A stretch of 50,288 nucleotides of DNA from a virus (lineage: Duplodnaviria > Caudoviricetes), in IMG/VR virus record IMGVR_UViG_3300025135_000008, positions 1 through 50,288 of that record; one strand, 5' to 3'. Positions 9,002 to 16,430 of this stretch are shown here, piece by piece. Each line of letters opens with the position of its first letter. The first letter of the stretch is position 1. The notes beneath the pieces are model-generated. The model made no database searches, was not told the DNA's origin, and saw nothing but the letters and a program-made list of their open reading frames with translations. Both the position numbers and the translations under genes were made by a program.

Positions 9002-9362
9002 GGTTAGCGGCGCGTTGTTTCAGCAGCCAATTGAAAAGGTAAAGCAACGCTTGAAAGAGCGTTTTGATCCAGACAAAAATTACCCGCAATACGACGGTGT
9101 GCTTAATGTACCTGCCGATCAAGCATTTGAGCTGGCTAAGTATTTGATGGAAGGCAAGCCAGTTGGTGATCGCCAAGAGATCCCGGTTCAAATCAGTGGA
9201 TGGAAGCGTCAATCACAAGGCGGGCAGCCCTATCTCAGCCTTCAGTTTGGACCGCATTACAAGTATGAAGCGGTTGCCGCTGATGCAACAGTTGCAAGCG
9301 CTAAATCATTGGCTACTGCAACCAGTGGTACTGTGATCGACGAAGACGACATTCCGTTCTGA
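8991..9362 (+). CDS. single-stranded DNA-binding protein (DUF736-like)
   Basis: GALF...PQYDG...ISGWKR.S..G.PYLSL and acidic tail EDDIPF. Confidence 0.7.
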   Translation: MSFKVSGALFQQPIEKVKQRLKERFDPDKNYPQYDGVLNVPADQAFELAKYLMEGKPVGDRQEIPVQISGWKRQSQGGQPYLSLQFGPHYKYEAVAADATVASAKSLATATSGTVIDEDDIPF

Positions 9363-9366
9363 AGCC

Positions 9367-9528
9367 ATGAGAATCCACGGCAAAAAAGCTTACTATCAAA
9401 TCTTGCTTGATGTTGACAAAGCACAGGCCGTAGAGGATCAGGCCGCTGCAAACAATCAGCGGCCAACAAATCTAATGCGTCAATGGATTTACCAACAACT
9501 TAACAATGACACACCAAATCAAGACTAA
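9367..9528 (+). CDS. small putative RHH-like DNA-binding protein, 53 aa
   Basis: Manual translation MRIHGKKAYYQILLDVDKAQAVEDQAAANNQRPTNLMRQWIYQQL...; fills the gap after SSB. Not in the ORF track. Confidence 0.5.
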   Translation: MRIHGKKAYYQILLDVDKAQAVEDQAAANNQRPTNLMRQWIYQQLNNDTPNQD

Positions 9529-9751
9529 CCGAAGCGTTTACCACGTTAAAAGCTTGAGTACCGAAAACAGTTACTGGAAGTACCGCGAAGGATTTAATGT
9601 TGGCGTTCGCGGATGGGGCGAAGGTGAATCTGCAAAGGTTCTAAAAAGGGTTAACGGCTTGCCGTTTCCGCATTACAAGGTGCTCTGCCCCGATGGCTCT
9701 GTGCGTCAAATTGCGCAACTGGAGCTGATTACATTGCGGCATAAAGCCTGA
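9506..9751 (+). CDS. hypothetical protein
   Basis: 81-aa ORF in a co-directional run. Confidence 0.55.
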   Translation: MTHQIKTNRSVYHVKSLSTENSYWKYREGFNVGVRGWGEGESAKVLKRVNGLPFPHYKVLCPDGSVRQIAQLELITLRHKA

Positions 9752-9757
9752 TCGCCA

Positions 9758-10207
9758 ATGCTTGCTTGTTGCCCCGAGTGCAGCGCAAATGCTGGCGTGG
9801 TAATGAGGACTCGCGTGCTGCGTAACGATACCCGGCGCCGCCGTTACGAATGCCGCTCATGCGGCCATCGGTGGACGGTAGTAGACGGTGAAGTGCCAGC
9901 ACGCCTTCATCCACAGCGCGACCGTAGCAAGCCTGTCAGCCGCAAGGGATTTGACGTTGAGGCTGTGGAAGCAATTCTGACTTCACGCGAAAGCGACGGA
10001 GCGATTGCCGAGGCTTACGGTTGCACGCGCCAGGCAATCAACCAGCTACGGACCGGGAGAACGCATGCGGAGGTGCTGCCAGAGCTGCCGCGACGTGGTG
10101 CAGTTTTGTGCTACAGTTGCAAGCACTGGAGCAAGGACCGGTGTGGGTTTGACCTACCCGAGGCCGGAAGTCCAGAATCTACCGATTGTAATTATTATGA
10201 CCGATGA
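9758..10207 (+). CDS. Zn-ribbon (NrdR N-terminal-like) + HTH regulatory protein
   Basis: CPEC...RRRRYECRSCGHRWT; IAEAYGCTRQAINQLRTG HTH; C-terminal CYSC..C..C cluster. Confidence 0.65.
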   Translation: MLACCPECSANAGVVMRTRVLRNDTRRRRYECRSCGHRWTVVDGEVPARLHPQRDRSKPVSRKGFDVEAVEAILTSRESDGAIAEAYGCTRQAINQLRTGRTHAEVLPELPRRGAVLCYSCKHWSKDRCGFDLPEAGSPESTDCNYYDR

Positions 10208-10385
10208 CGAAATCTTTTGGACGCTAGACGTAGCGTCACGCTTTGGCGGTTCGTTTTTCGCTGAACTTGCAAAGGCGGCACGGTTTGCTGACCCTAGGAA
10301 CAAGAAACGGGTGCTAGAGGCATTCCCAGAGATTGCCGCAAACTACGGACCCGGCACTAACTTTTACCGCATGTATTCCTTTTAA
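10197..10385 (+). CDS. conserved hypothetical phage protein
   Basis: MTDDEIF...RFGGSFFAELAKAARFADPRNKKRVLEAFPE; ATG at 10197. Confidence 0.6.
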   Translation: MTDDEIFWTLDVASRFGGSFFAELAKAARFADPRNKKRVLEAFPEIAANYGPGTNFYRMYSF

Positions 10386-10389
10386 CGCT

Positions 10390-10527
10390 ATGCAACCCAA
10401 ACGCTTTTATTTTCAAGTTAACAATTGCTTTGATTTTGTCTGGGCAGTGAGCCGTGTCGAGGCACAGCACAAGCTAATGTACTCCAAGTACGCACCCCTT
10501 TACCGGTACATCCAATGGCTAGCTTGA
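10390..10527 (+). CDS. hypothetical protein
   Basis: MQPKRFYFQV... 45 aa filling the gap. Confidence 0.5.
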   Translation: MQPKRFYFQVNNCFDFVWAVSRVEAQHKLMYSKYAPLYRYIQWLA

Positions 10528-10649
10528 ATTACAACGTTCCCAAAGAAGACCAAAGCTGCGGCAACTGCTATTACGCGGAAATGGATGCGCTCGCCATGGG
10601 GGACGGTCCTTTGACCTGCCACCATTCTTTCGCCAGGGAGCCTCGCCCT

Positions 10650-11069
10650 TCAGGGCGGGGAGGAATGGCCTTCAGGACGATCCTGCTCAGCGATGTAGCG
10701 CCTGAGCGTTTCGATGGTGGCGCCGCCAGCACTTGAAGCGAAGTAGCTCGGACTCCAAAGGTGCTCGCCGTGCGGACGCAAAGGGAACTCCTTTCGCAGC
10801 ATCCGACTGGACACTCCCTTGAGCGCGTTGACCAGGGCCGACACCGCGATGGCGGGCGGGTACTCGACCAGGAGGTGAACGTGGTCCGCCTCGCCGTTGA
10901 ACTCCAGCAGCTGGAAGCCCATCTTCTCGGCAACACCTAAGCAGACCGCCTCCATCCGCTCAAGGTGCTCAGCCGTCAGTACCGCTCGCCTGTACTTAAC
11001 GACGAAGACCAAGTGGACAACCAGTCTGGAAACACTGTGCCTGCCTCGTCTGAGCGGTTGCTGTGCCAT
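10650..11069 (-). CDS. tnpA: IS200-type Y1 HUH transposase
   Basis: HLVFVVKYRR, DHVHLL (HUH), LKGVSSR, LWSPSYF, YIAEQ (catalytic Tyr). Confidence 0.95.
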   Translation of the reverse strand: MAQQPLRRGRHSVSRLVVHLVFVVKYRRAVLTAEHLERMEAVCLGVAEKMGFQLLEFNGEADHVHLLVEYPPAIAVSALVNALKGVSSRMLRKEFPLRPHGEHLWSPSYFASSAGGATIETLRRYIAEQDRPEGHSSPP

Positions 11070-11098
11070 TACAGACCAATAGTGGTATGGTGATTGGT

Positions 11099-12301
11099 AT
11101 GCAACTACGGTACCGCTACCGCTGCTACCCCAGCCCCGCCCAACAGCAGGCCCTGTCCCGCTCGTTCGGCTGTGCTCGGGTTGTCTGGAATGACGCCCTA
11201 GCCCTGAGCAACAAGCTCTATGGCGAAGGGCAGAAGTATCTAGGCGGTTCGGCGTTGATGGCCCTGGTCATCACCAACGCCAAGCGGACACCGGAACGGC
11301 AGTGGCTGGCCGACGCATCCCATTCGATGCTGCAGCAGTCAGTGCGCGACCTGGACCGCGCCTTCCGCAACTGGTGGGGTTCACTTACCGGCAAGCACAA
11401 AGGCAAAGCCAGGGCACCGCGTTTCAAGAAGCGGAGCAACGACCAGAGCATCCGCATCTGTGGCAAGGAGTTCCGCGTCACAGATAAAGGCGTCCGCTTC
11501 CCCAAGGTGGGCGATCTGCGTCTGGTGTGGTCCCGCCCGCTGCCAGCGGTGCCTTCCTCCTGCACCCTGATCAAGGATGCGGCAGGGCGGTACTTCGCCA
11601 GCTTCGTTGTGGAGGTGGACCGACCCCAGTTGGAGGCCAACGGCAACACCGTGGGCATCGACCTGGGCCTGACAACCTTCGCCACGCTCAGCACTGGCGA
11701 GAAGGTAGATGCGCCCAAGCCCCTGCGTGCTGCCCTCAAGCGGTTACGCAAGCTGCAGCGCAACCTCTCCCGCAAGACCAAAGGGAGCAACCGCCGCAAC
11801 CGTGCGCGGATTCAAGTGGCGCGGCTTCACGCCCGCATCGCTGACACCCGCAAGGACTTCCTCGGCAAGCTCAGCACTCGCATCATCCGTGAGAACCAAA
11901 CGGTGGTGCTTGAGGATCTGAAGGTCTCGGGGATGATCCGCAACCGGAAGCTGGCCCGCTCTATCGCGGATGCAGGCTGGCGGCAGTTCCGCCTGCTGCT
12001 TGAATCCAAGGCCCTGATGTATGGCCGCACGGTCAACATCATCAGCACCTGGGAGCCAACCTCTCAGCGGTGCTCAGCCTGCGGAGAGCTGGGCGGCAAG
12101 AAGCCGCTGAACATCAGGGCGTGGACCTGTCTGCACTGCGGTGCTGAACACGATAGGGACATCAACGCCGCCAACAACATCGCCGCCGCTGGACAGGTGG
12201 AGGCGCAAAACGGACGTGGAGCCAGGCATAAGACGGGTTCGCCCGCTGCAGGCTGTGAAGCGTCAACCCAACAGGGGAGCAAGCAGCTATGCCTGCTCTG
12301 A
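11099..12301 (+). CDS. tnpB: RNA-guided endonuclease TnpB
   Basis: YRYRCYP..Q...FGCARVVWN; RuvC I GIDLG, RuvC II VLEDL, Zn finger CSACG/CLHCG, RuvC III DRDINAA; all three acidic residues present. Confidence 0.95.
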   Translation: MQLRYRYRCYPSPAQQQALSRSFGCARVVWNDALALSNKLYGEGQKYLGGSALMALVITNAKRTPERQWLADASHSMLQQSVRDLDRAFRNWWGSLTGKHKGKARAPRFKKRSNDQSIRICGKEFRVTDKGVRFPKVGDLRLVWSRPLPAVPSSCTLIKDAAGRYFASFVVEVDRPQLEANGNTVGIDLGLTTFATLSTGEKVDAPKPLRAALKRLRKLQRNLSRKTKGSNRRNRARIQVARLHARIADTRKDFLGKLSTRIIRENQTVVLEDLKVSGMIRNRKLARSIADAGWRQFRLLLESKALMYGRTVNIISTWEPTSQRCSACGELGGKKPLNIRAWTCLHCGAEHDRDINAANNIAAAGQVEAQNGRGARHKTGSPAAGCEASTQQGSKQLCLL

Positions 12302-12359
12302 CTGGGAATCTCCGGCCTTCAGGCCGGGGAGGATGTCAATCTTGCTCTCCATCGTTGGT
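12130..12359 (+). ncRNA. predicted TnpB omegaRNA/reRNA (scaffold + flank-derived guide); 5' boundary approximate
   Basis: Inferred from established TnpB biology: the RNA overlaps the tnpB 3' end and the right end, and the guide is the flank after TCAA (12340 onward). Confidence 0.55.
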
Positions 12360-12456
12360 TGATGGCGATTCAGCGCGATGGCCGGTTGTGCTTCCGCATT
12401 ATTGGTGTGGAGAATGGGGGCCAATGATGTAGGATTTACTCGTCGCATTTGATTTT

Positions 12457-12768
12457 ATGTCTGTTTTTGAAAAAGTCACCATTGACGAAGTACGCACGCG
12501 GACCATGCGTCGCACTAAAACGTCTCCGCTGCGTGAGCAAATTCTTGCCATGAAGCTGGGTGATGCCATCTTCGTGCCTTTTTACAACCCTGAAACCGGC
12601 GAAGGCTTCAAGCAGCCAACCATCAACCAAGTGGCTGGCAATCTTGGCCGCGACAGCGCTGAATTGCGGTATTGCGTCCGCAAGGACATGACACGTAACG
12701 GAGCGTTTGTTGTGTGCATGACCCGCGAAGGGGAAGGCAAAAAGCGCGGCCCCAAGCCCCGCAAATAG
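12457..12768 (+). CDS. hypothetical basic protein
   Basis: 103-aa ORF, basic termini, co-directional. Confidence 0.6.
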   Translation: MSVFEKVTIDEVRTRTMRRTKTSPLREQILAMKLGDAIFVPFYNPETGEGFKQPTINQVAGNLGRDSAELRYCVRKDMTRNGAFVVCMTREGEGKKRGPKPRK

Positions 12769-12774
12769 TAAATT

Positions 12775-13179
12775 ATGCAAATTACATTTCAGTCGCACAC
12801 GCTTGAACGGCAAATCGGTCTGTCAGATTTGCCAAAGCTGACCCGTGACCAGTTGCGTTATTTGCACGCGGAACTGGTCATGGCTGTTCAGTCAATGGAT
12901 GAAAAGATGACAGAGCAGCAAGCACAAGAGGTGCCAGCCGATAAGGACTGGTTGCATCGTGTGCGCAAAAAACGACGCATATGCGTTGCGTTTGCTAGCC
13001 AGGTAAAGCAGGCAATGTCTGACAGCGCGGTAGAAAAAATCTACCGTTTGCGGTTAGATGAAATGCTGTCGCAAGAACTTGGCGAGGTGCTGTGGAGTGA
13101 ATTCAAGCGTGAGGCCCTTGATTTTGCGTTGGAGCGAGTTGAAGCTTCAGATCATCCACAAGCAGTTCTAGGCGCATGA
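12775..13179 (+). CDS. hypothetical protein
   Basis: 134-aa helical ORF. Confidence 0.6.
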   Translation: MQITFQSHTLERQIGLSDLPKLTRDQLRYLHAELVMAVQSMDEKMTEQQAQEVPADKDWLHRVRKKRRICVAFASQVKQAMSDSAVEKIYRLRLDEMLSQELGEVLWSEFKREALDFALERVEASDHPQAVLGA

Positions 13180-13321
13180 TTTCATGCGTTGCATTGCTGA
13201 GGAGCTGGCAATAGGTTTCGCAAGTGCGATAGAGCATACCTTCGCGTTCTGTCATGCTGCGAGCTGTGGTTTCAGCCTCCAGCTCGCGAGTCAGGTTTTG
13301 TTTTACTTTTATCCATTCCAT
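13103..13321 (-). CDS. small helical protein, possibly NblA-like
   Basis: MEWIKVKQNLTRELEAETTARSM...LLSNATHEIMRLE; fills a 150-nt gap on the opposite strand. Resemblance to viral NblA-like proteins is weak. Confidence 0.35.
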   Translation of the reverse strand: MEWIKVKQNLTRELEAETTARSMTEREGMLYRTCETYCQLLSNATHEIMRLELLVDDLKLQLAPTQNQGPHA

Positions 13322-13328
13322 CAGAATC

Positions 13329-13961
13329 ATGATTACAAAGCTTATTCATGTTACTCCAGACGCTGAGCGTTTGATTGTCAAGATGGCCAGGGTGTCAGCC
13401 CCTGACAATCAAGACAACTGGGAGACCGGCCCCAAGCTGTTGCGTTACCTGATCAAGCACAAGCACTGGAGCCCGCTAGAGATGGCAAGCATGTGCGTTG
13501 AGATTGAAACAGAGCGTGACATTGCGGCGCAAATTTTGCGTCACCGGTCATTTAGCTTCCAAGAGTATTCAACGCGCTATGCCAAAACGTTTCCGGCGGA
13601 GATGCCAGCAGTGAGACGACAGGATGCGGCAAATAGGCAAAACAGTATTGATGATTTTCCCGCATCAGCGAAGGCCGCTTGGGATGTTGCAATTGGCAAG
13701 CAGCTAACCGAAGCGTATGCCTTGTATCAGAAAATGCTAGATAGCGGTGTCGCGAAAGAATGCGCTCGTCGTGTGCTGCCATTGTGCACACCAACAACGC
13801 TTTTTATGCACGGAACGCTTAGGAGCTGGGTGCATTACATCGAGTTGCGGTCCAGTGAGGGAACGCAGCTTGAGCACAGACAGATTGCGCTAGAATGCAA
13901 AAATCTATTTTCTAAACAATTTCCAATTATTGCCGCTGCTGCGGGTTTTACTTATGATTGA
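13329..13961 (+). CDS. thyX: FAD-dependent thymidylate synthase
   Basis: HWSPLEM, RHRSFSFQEYSTRY (RHRx7S motif), ECARRVLP, TQLEHR. Confidence 0.95.
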   Translation: MITKLIHVTPDAERLIVKMARVSAPDNQDNWETGPKLLRYLIKHKHWSPLEMASMCVEIETERDIAAQILRHRSFSFQEYSTRYAKTFPAEMPAVRRQDAANRQNSIDDFPASAKAAWDVAIGKQLTEAYALYQKMLDSGVAKECARRVLPLCTPTTLFMHGTLRSWVHYIELRSSEGTQLEHRQIALECKNLFSKQFPIIAAAAGFTYD

Positions 13962-14163
13962 TTTACTGTGGCTTGAAATTTTGGCAGCTCGATGGTTGAT
14001 TCGTTCGCCACGCATTGGCATGATTGCAATTCGTCAACGTGACCAGCCGGTGACCTGGGTGTTGCTTGACCCAGAGGATCAGCTAAACCGTCAGAAAGAA
14101 GAGCCAGAGCCTCCAAGCATGTTGCTTGAGCGGTTGTTCCACGAACCAGATGCCTTGCGTTGA
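13954..14163 (+). CDS. hypothetical protein
   Basis: MIDLLWLE...; overlaps the thyX stop. Confidence 0.55.
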   Translation: MIDLLWLEILAARWLIRSPRIGMIAIRQRDQPVTWVLLDPEDQLNRQKEEPEPPSMLLERLFHEPDALR

Positions 14164-14345
14164 AGTCTTATTCCAATGGCGCAGGCGTATGCGCTGGTCA
14201 ATATGGAGTAAATGAAATCATTTACGAAGTTCAAACTTATTACCAACCATGGTTTTTTAATGGCTCTGTAGTTCTATGGGGTAATTCTTGGCCTAGCCGA
14301 GAAGCCGCTGAAAAGCAGGCTATCGAAATTATGTCTCACAACTAA
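14160..14345 (+). CDS. hypothetical protein
   Basis: 61-aa ORF overlapping the upstream stop. Confidence 0.5.
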   Translation: MKSYSNGAGVCAGQYGVNEIIYEVQTYYQPWFFNGSVVLWGNSWPSREAAEKQAIEIMSHN

Positions 14346-14347
14346 TT

Positions 14348-14887
14348 ATGCATAAATTAATTGGCCTTTATTCTCCAGCTCCACAATCAGGAAAAAGCAC
14401 CGTTGCTGGTGTGCTTGCTTCTAACGGCTATCAAACGGTGCCATTTGCGTTGACATTGAAAGAAATGCTGGTGCCAATGCTTTGCGCGTTGGGTTACCGC
14501 CAAGACGAAGCGTGGAGGCTTGTAACCGTTGAAAAGGAGTACAAGCTGCCTGAGGTCGGCGTGACCGTTCGACACATGATGCAGACCCTGGGGACTGAGT
14601 ATGGCCGCCAATGCATCCACCCAGCGGTATGGCTGACCTGTTGGCGCAAGCGTGCGCAATTGCATGAGATGGTGGTAGCCGACGACTGCAGGTTTAAAAA
14701 CGAAGCTGACCTGATTCGCCAGCTTGGCGGCGAAATCTGGTGCGTGATTAGGCCAGACGCTTGCCTAGAAACAAAGCACGCAAGCGAGGGCGGCTTGGAT
14801 AAATACGAATTTGACAGGTACATCATTAACGATGGACCGCTGAGCCAATTAACGGGTAGAGTACAGGCAGCATTGCAAATTGAGTAA
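14348..14887 (+). CDS. deoxynucleoside monophosphate kinase
   Basis: IGLYSPAPQSGKST P-loop, FA..LK, RHMMQTLGTEYGR, DDCRFKNEA, HASE. Confidence 0.88.
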   Translation: MHKLIGLYSPAPQSGKSTVAGVLASNGYQTVPFALTLKEMLVPMLCALGYRQDEAWRLVTVEKEYKLPEVGVTVRHMMQTLGTEYGRQCIHPAVWLTCWRKRAQLHEMVVADDCRFKNEADLIRQLGGEIWCVIRPDACLETKHASEGGLDKYEFDRYIINDGPLSQLTGRVQAALQIE

Positions 14888-15191
14888 GTTGAGCTTGCGG
14901 TATCACGCTGGTCGAATGGTACTCTATGAAGTACCAAACGGCTGGCGTGTGCGCATTAAAACGCGAACAGGCAAGCTGGACTTACCGCTTGGCGGAGCGA
15001 CGCTTGAGCTTTGCGTAATCGAGGCGGAGCAATTGTACGCAGACGCCAGGGGAATTACAAACACAAAGCCAATGTGTCAGCAATGTACGCATTGGCAATT
15101 TGTAAAAGCAGAATGCGGGATTGGGTTTCCAGAGGGGCGATCAAGCGGCGGAAAATTTGCCAAGTTGTGCTCAGCGTACTGGCCTGACTAA
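14880..15191 (+). CDS. hypothetical protein with C-terminal Cys cluster
   Basis: CQQCTHW...CGIGFPE...CSAY. Confidence 0.6.
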   Translation: MSKLSLRYHAGRMVLYEVPNGWRVRIKTRTGKLDLPLGGATLELCVIEAEQLYADARGITNTKPMCQQCTHWQFVKAECGIGFPEGRSSGGKFAKLCSAYWPD

Positions 15192-15823
15192 TCTGGCGGT
15201 TCGATGCCAGTCCAAACTTCAATTAAGTCTTCGCGATCTTGCGTCCAAAACGCTTGATTTCTAAGCCATTCGTAGACCGATTGACTGGATTTTGATCCAT
15301 TGCAACTGCGGCAGCATGCGACTAAATTTTGCTTGATTGTAAGGCCACCTTTTACGCGGGGCACTACATGATCAAGCGTGTCAGCGGGATCGCCGCAGTA
15401 TGCGCAATGGTGGTCCCATGCTTCAAAAATTTGCTTGCGAAAACGATGCTTGGTTACTTTTTTAGGAACCAGTTCTGCGCCATGAATTGAATGGTTGATG
15501 TACCCGCCCTCCAGTTCGTGACATTGGATTGAAAAGTCAACAATTTCTTCGGTAAGCTCTTCGATTCTTGAGGCAACATTATCAACAAGCTCGTCAGGGT
15601 CTTGGTTGCCGTCAGAACTTGTCAAGAACATAATTTTTGCAATGTTAAGCCACCGTTTTTTAACAACAAAGCAGGGTTCTTTGTTTTTTGAAAACATCAA
15701 ACCAATAGGGCAGTCACCAGGATTGCAAATCCATGCGCCTTCTTCTGAGCGATGTAGCTTGCTTGTTGGAAGCGTGGCTCTGCAGCTTTTGTGCCGTCTG
15801 CATTGCCGAAGTTGATCGTCCAA
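15188..15823 (-). CDS. HNH endonuclease with N-terminal extension
   Basis: CAYCG..DTLDHVVP..KGG...NLVACCRSCNGSK; start codon uncertain. Confidence 0.85.
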   Translation of the reverse strand: MDDQLRQCRRHKSCRATLPTSKLHRSEEGAWICNPGDCPIGLMFSKNKEPCFVVKKRWLNIAKIMFLTSSDGNQDPDELVDNVASRIEELTEEIVDFSIQCHELEGGYINHSIHGAELVPKKVTKHRFRKQIFEAWDHHCAYCGDPADTLDHVVPRVKGGLTIKQNLVACCRSCNGSKSSQSVYEWLRNQAFWTQDREDLIEVWTGIEPPD

Positions 15824-15856
15824 CGTGGACAGGCGGCTTGCGACATTGTAGCGATC

Positions 15857-16372
15857 TTAACCCTTGGAGGCTTTAACCCCTTGGTCATTGTTATAGCGAC
15901 CAGTTACTTGATATGTCTTATTTGGAATAGAGGCCATTTCCATAAAAACAAATTGCCCAATTTTTAGGCCGGGGTAAAGCGGCAAATTATGGTATCGACG
16001 GCTGTTGTGCAATTCCAATGTCAGCGAGCTTCCGGTCCAACCTGGGTCCGCAAAGCCAGCTAAAAGATTTTCGTAACCCTCGCGTGCGCGACTGCTTTTA
16101 AGTACAAATTGGGCGCAAATGTTGTCTGGAATGCTAAACATTTCCTTGGTTTGCGCAAGGACAAATTCAGACGGCGCCAACCAGTAAGGAGCTTCTTTTG
16201 TGCAATGCGCAATTGATTGAATTTGCAGTTCTGGCGTATGCTCAGTTTCAACCATAATTTGATCACCTAACAGCAAATCAAGCGAAGCCGGGTTAAGCAA
16301 GTTTTCGTTATATGGCGTTACCATGTTTGCGGTAAGGCACAAATGACGAATTTGATGATCAGCTAAAATCAA
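15857..16372 (-). CDS. dcd: dCTP deaminase
   Basis: ILADHQI, NPASLDL, KSSRAREG, AGFADPGWTG, LTLELHN, KIGQFVF. Confidence 0.9.
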   Translation of the reverse strand: MILADHQIRHLCLTANMVTPYNENLLNPASLDLLLGDQIMVETEHTPELQIQSIAHCTKEAPYWLAPSEFVLAQTKEMFSIPDNICAQFVLKSSRAREGYENLLAGFADPGWTGSSLTLELHNSRRYHNLPLYPGLKIGQFVFMEMASIPNKTYQVTGRYNNDQGVKASKG

Positions 16373-16430
16373 AATTTAGGCGAAACGCGCTCGCATATTG
16401 TACCGCCTATTTGCCGGAATTGCGCAGTTC

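Larger units (their letters stand above)
10623..12339 (+). mobile_element. IS200/IS605-family element (IS605 group, divergent tnpA/tnpB)
   Basis: Left-end hairpin CCTCGCCC-TTCA-GGGCGGGG (10641-10660); right-end hairpin CTCCGGCC-TTCA-GGCCGGGG (12310-12329); ends GGATGTCAA; no target duplication; removal restores the host ORF. Confidence 0.92.
10515..12432 (+). pseudogene. 4-Cys small protein gene (HiPIP-like pattern) split by IS605 element
   Basis: 10515-10622 joined to 12340-12432 gives an in-frame 66-aa ORF: ...QSCGNCYY...LTCH|SCSPS...WPVVLPHYWCGEWGPMM*. Confidence 0.8.

Noticed and set aside
10611-10615. TTGAC as the IS target motif (resembles ISDra2 TTGAT)
   Set aside because: Joining 10615 to 12340 shifts the host ORF out of the WCGEW frame. 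The left-end guide GGAG predicts CCAC, which restores the frame.
10515-10736. 73-aa ORF as an intact gene
   Set aside because: After codon 36 it reads into the IS left end, so it is a chimeric remnant.
10623-12339. IStron (group I intron-IS hybrid) or Cas12/CRISPR system
   Set aside because: tnpA ends inside the left-end hairpin, leaving no room for an intron core. No repeat-spacer array or cas genes are present.
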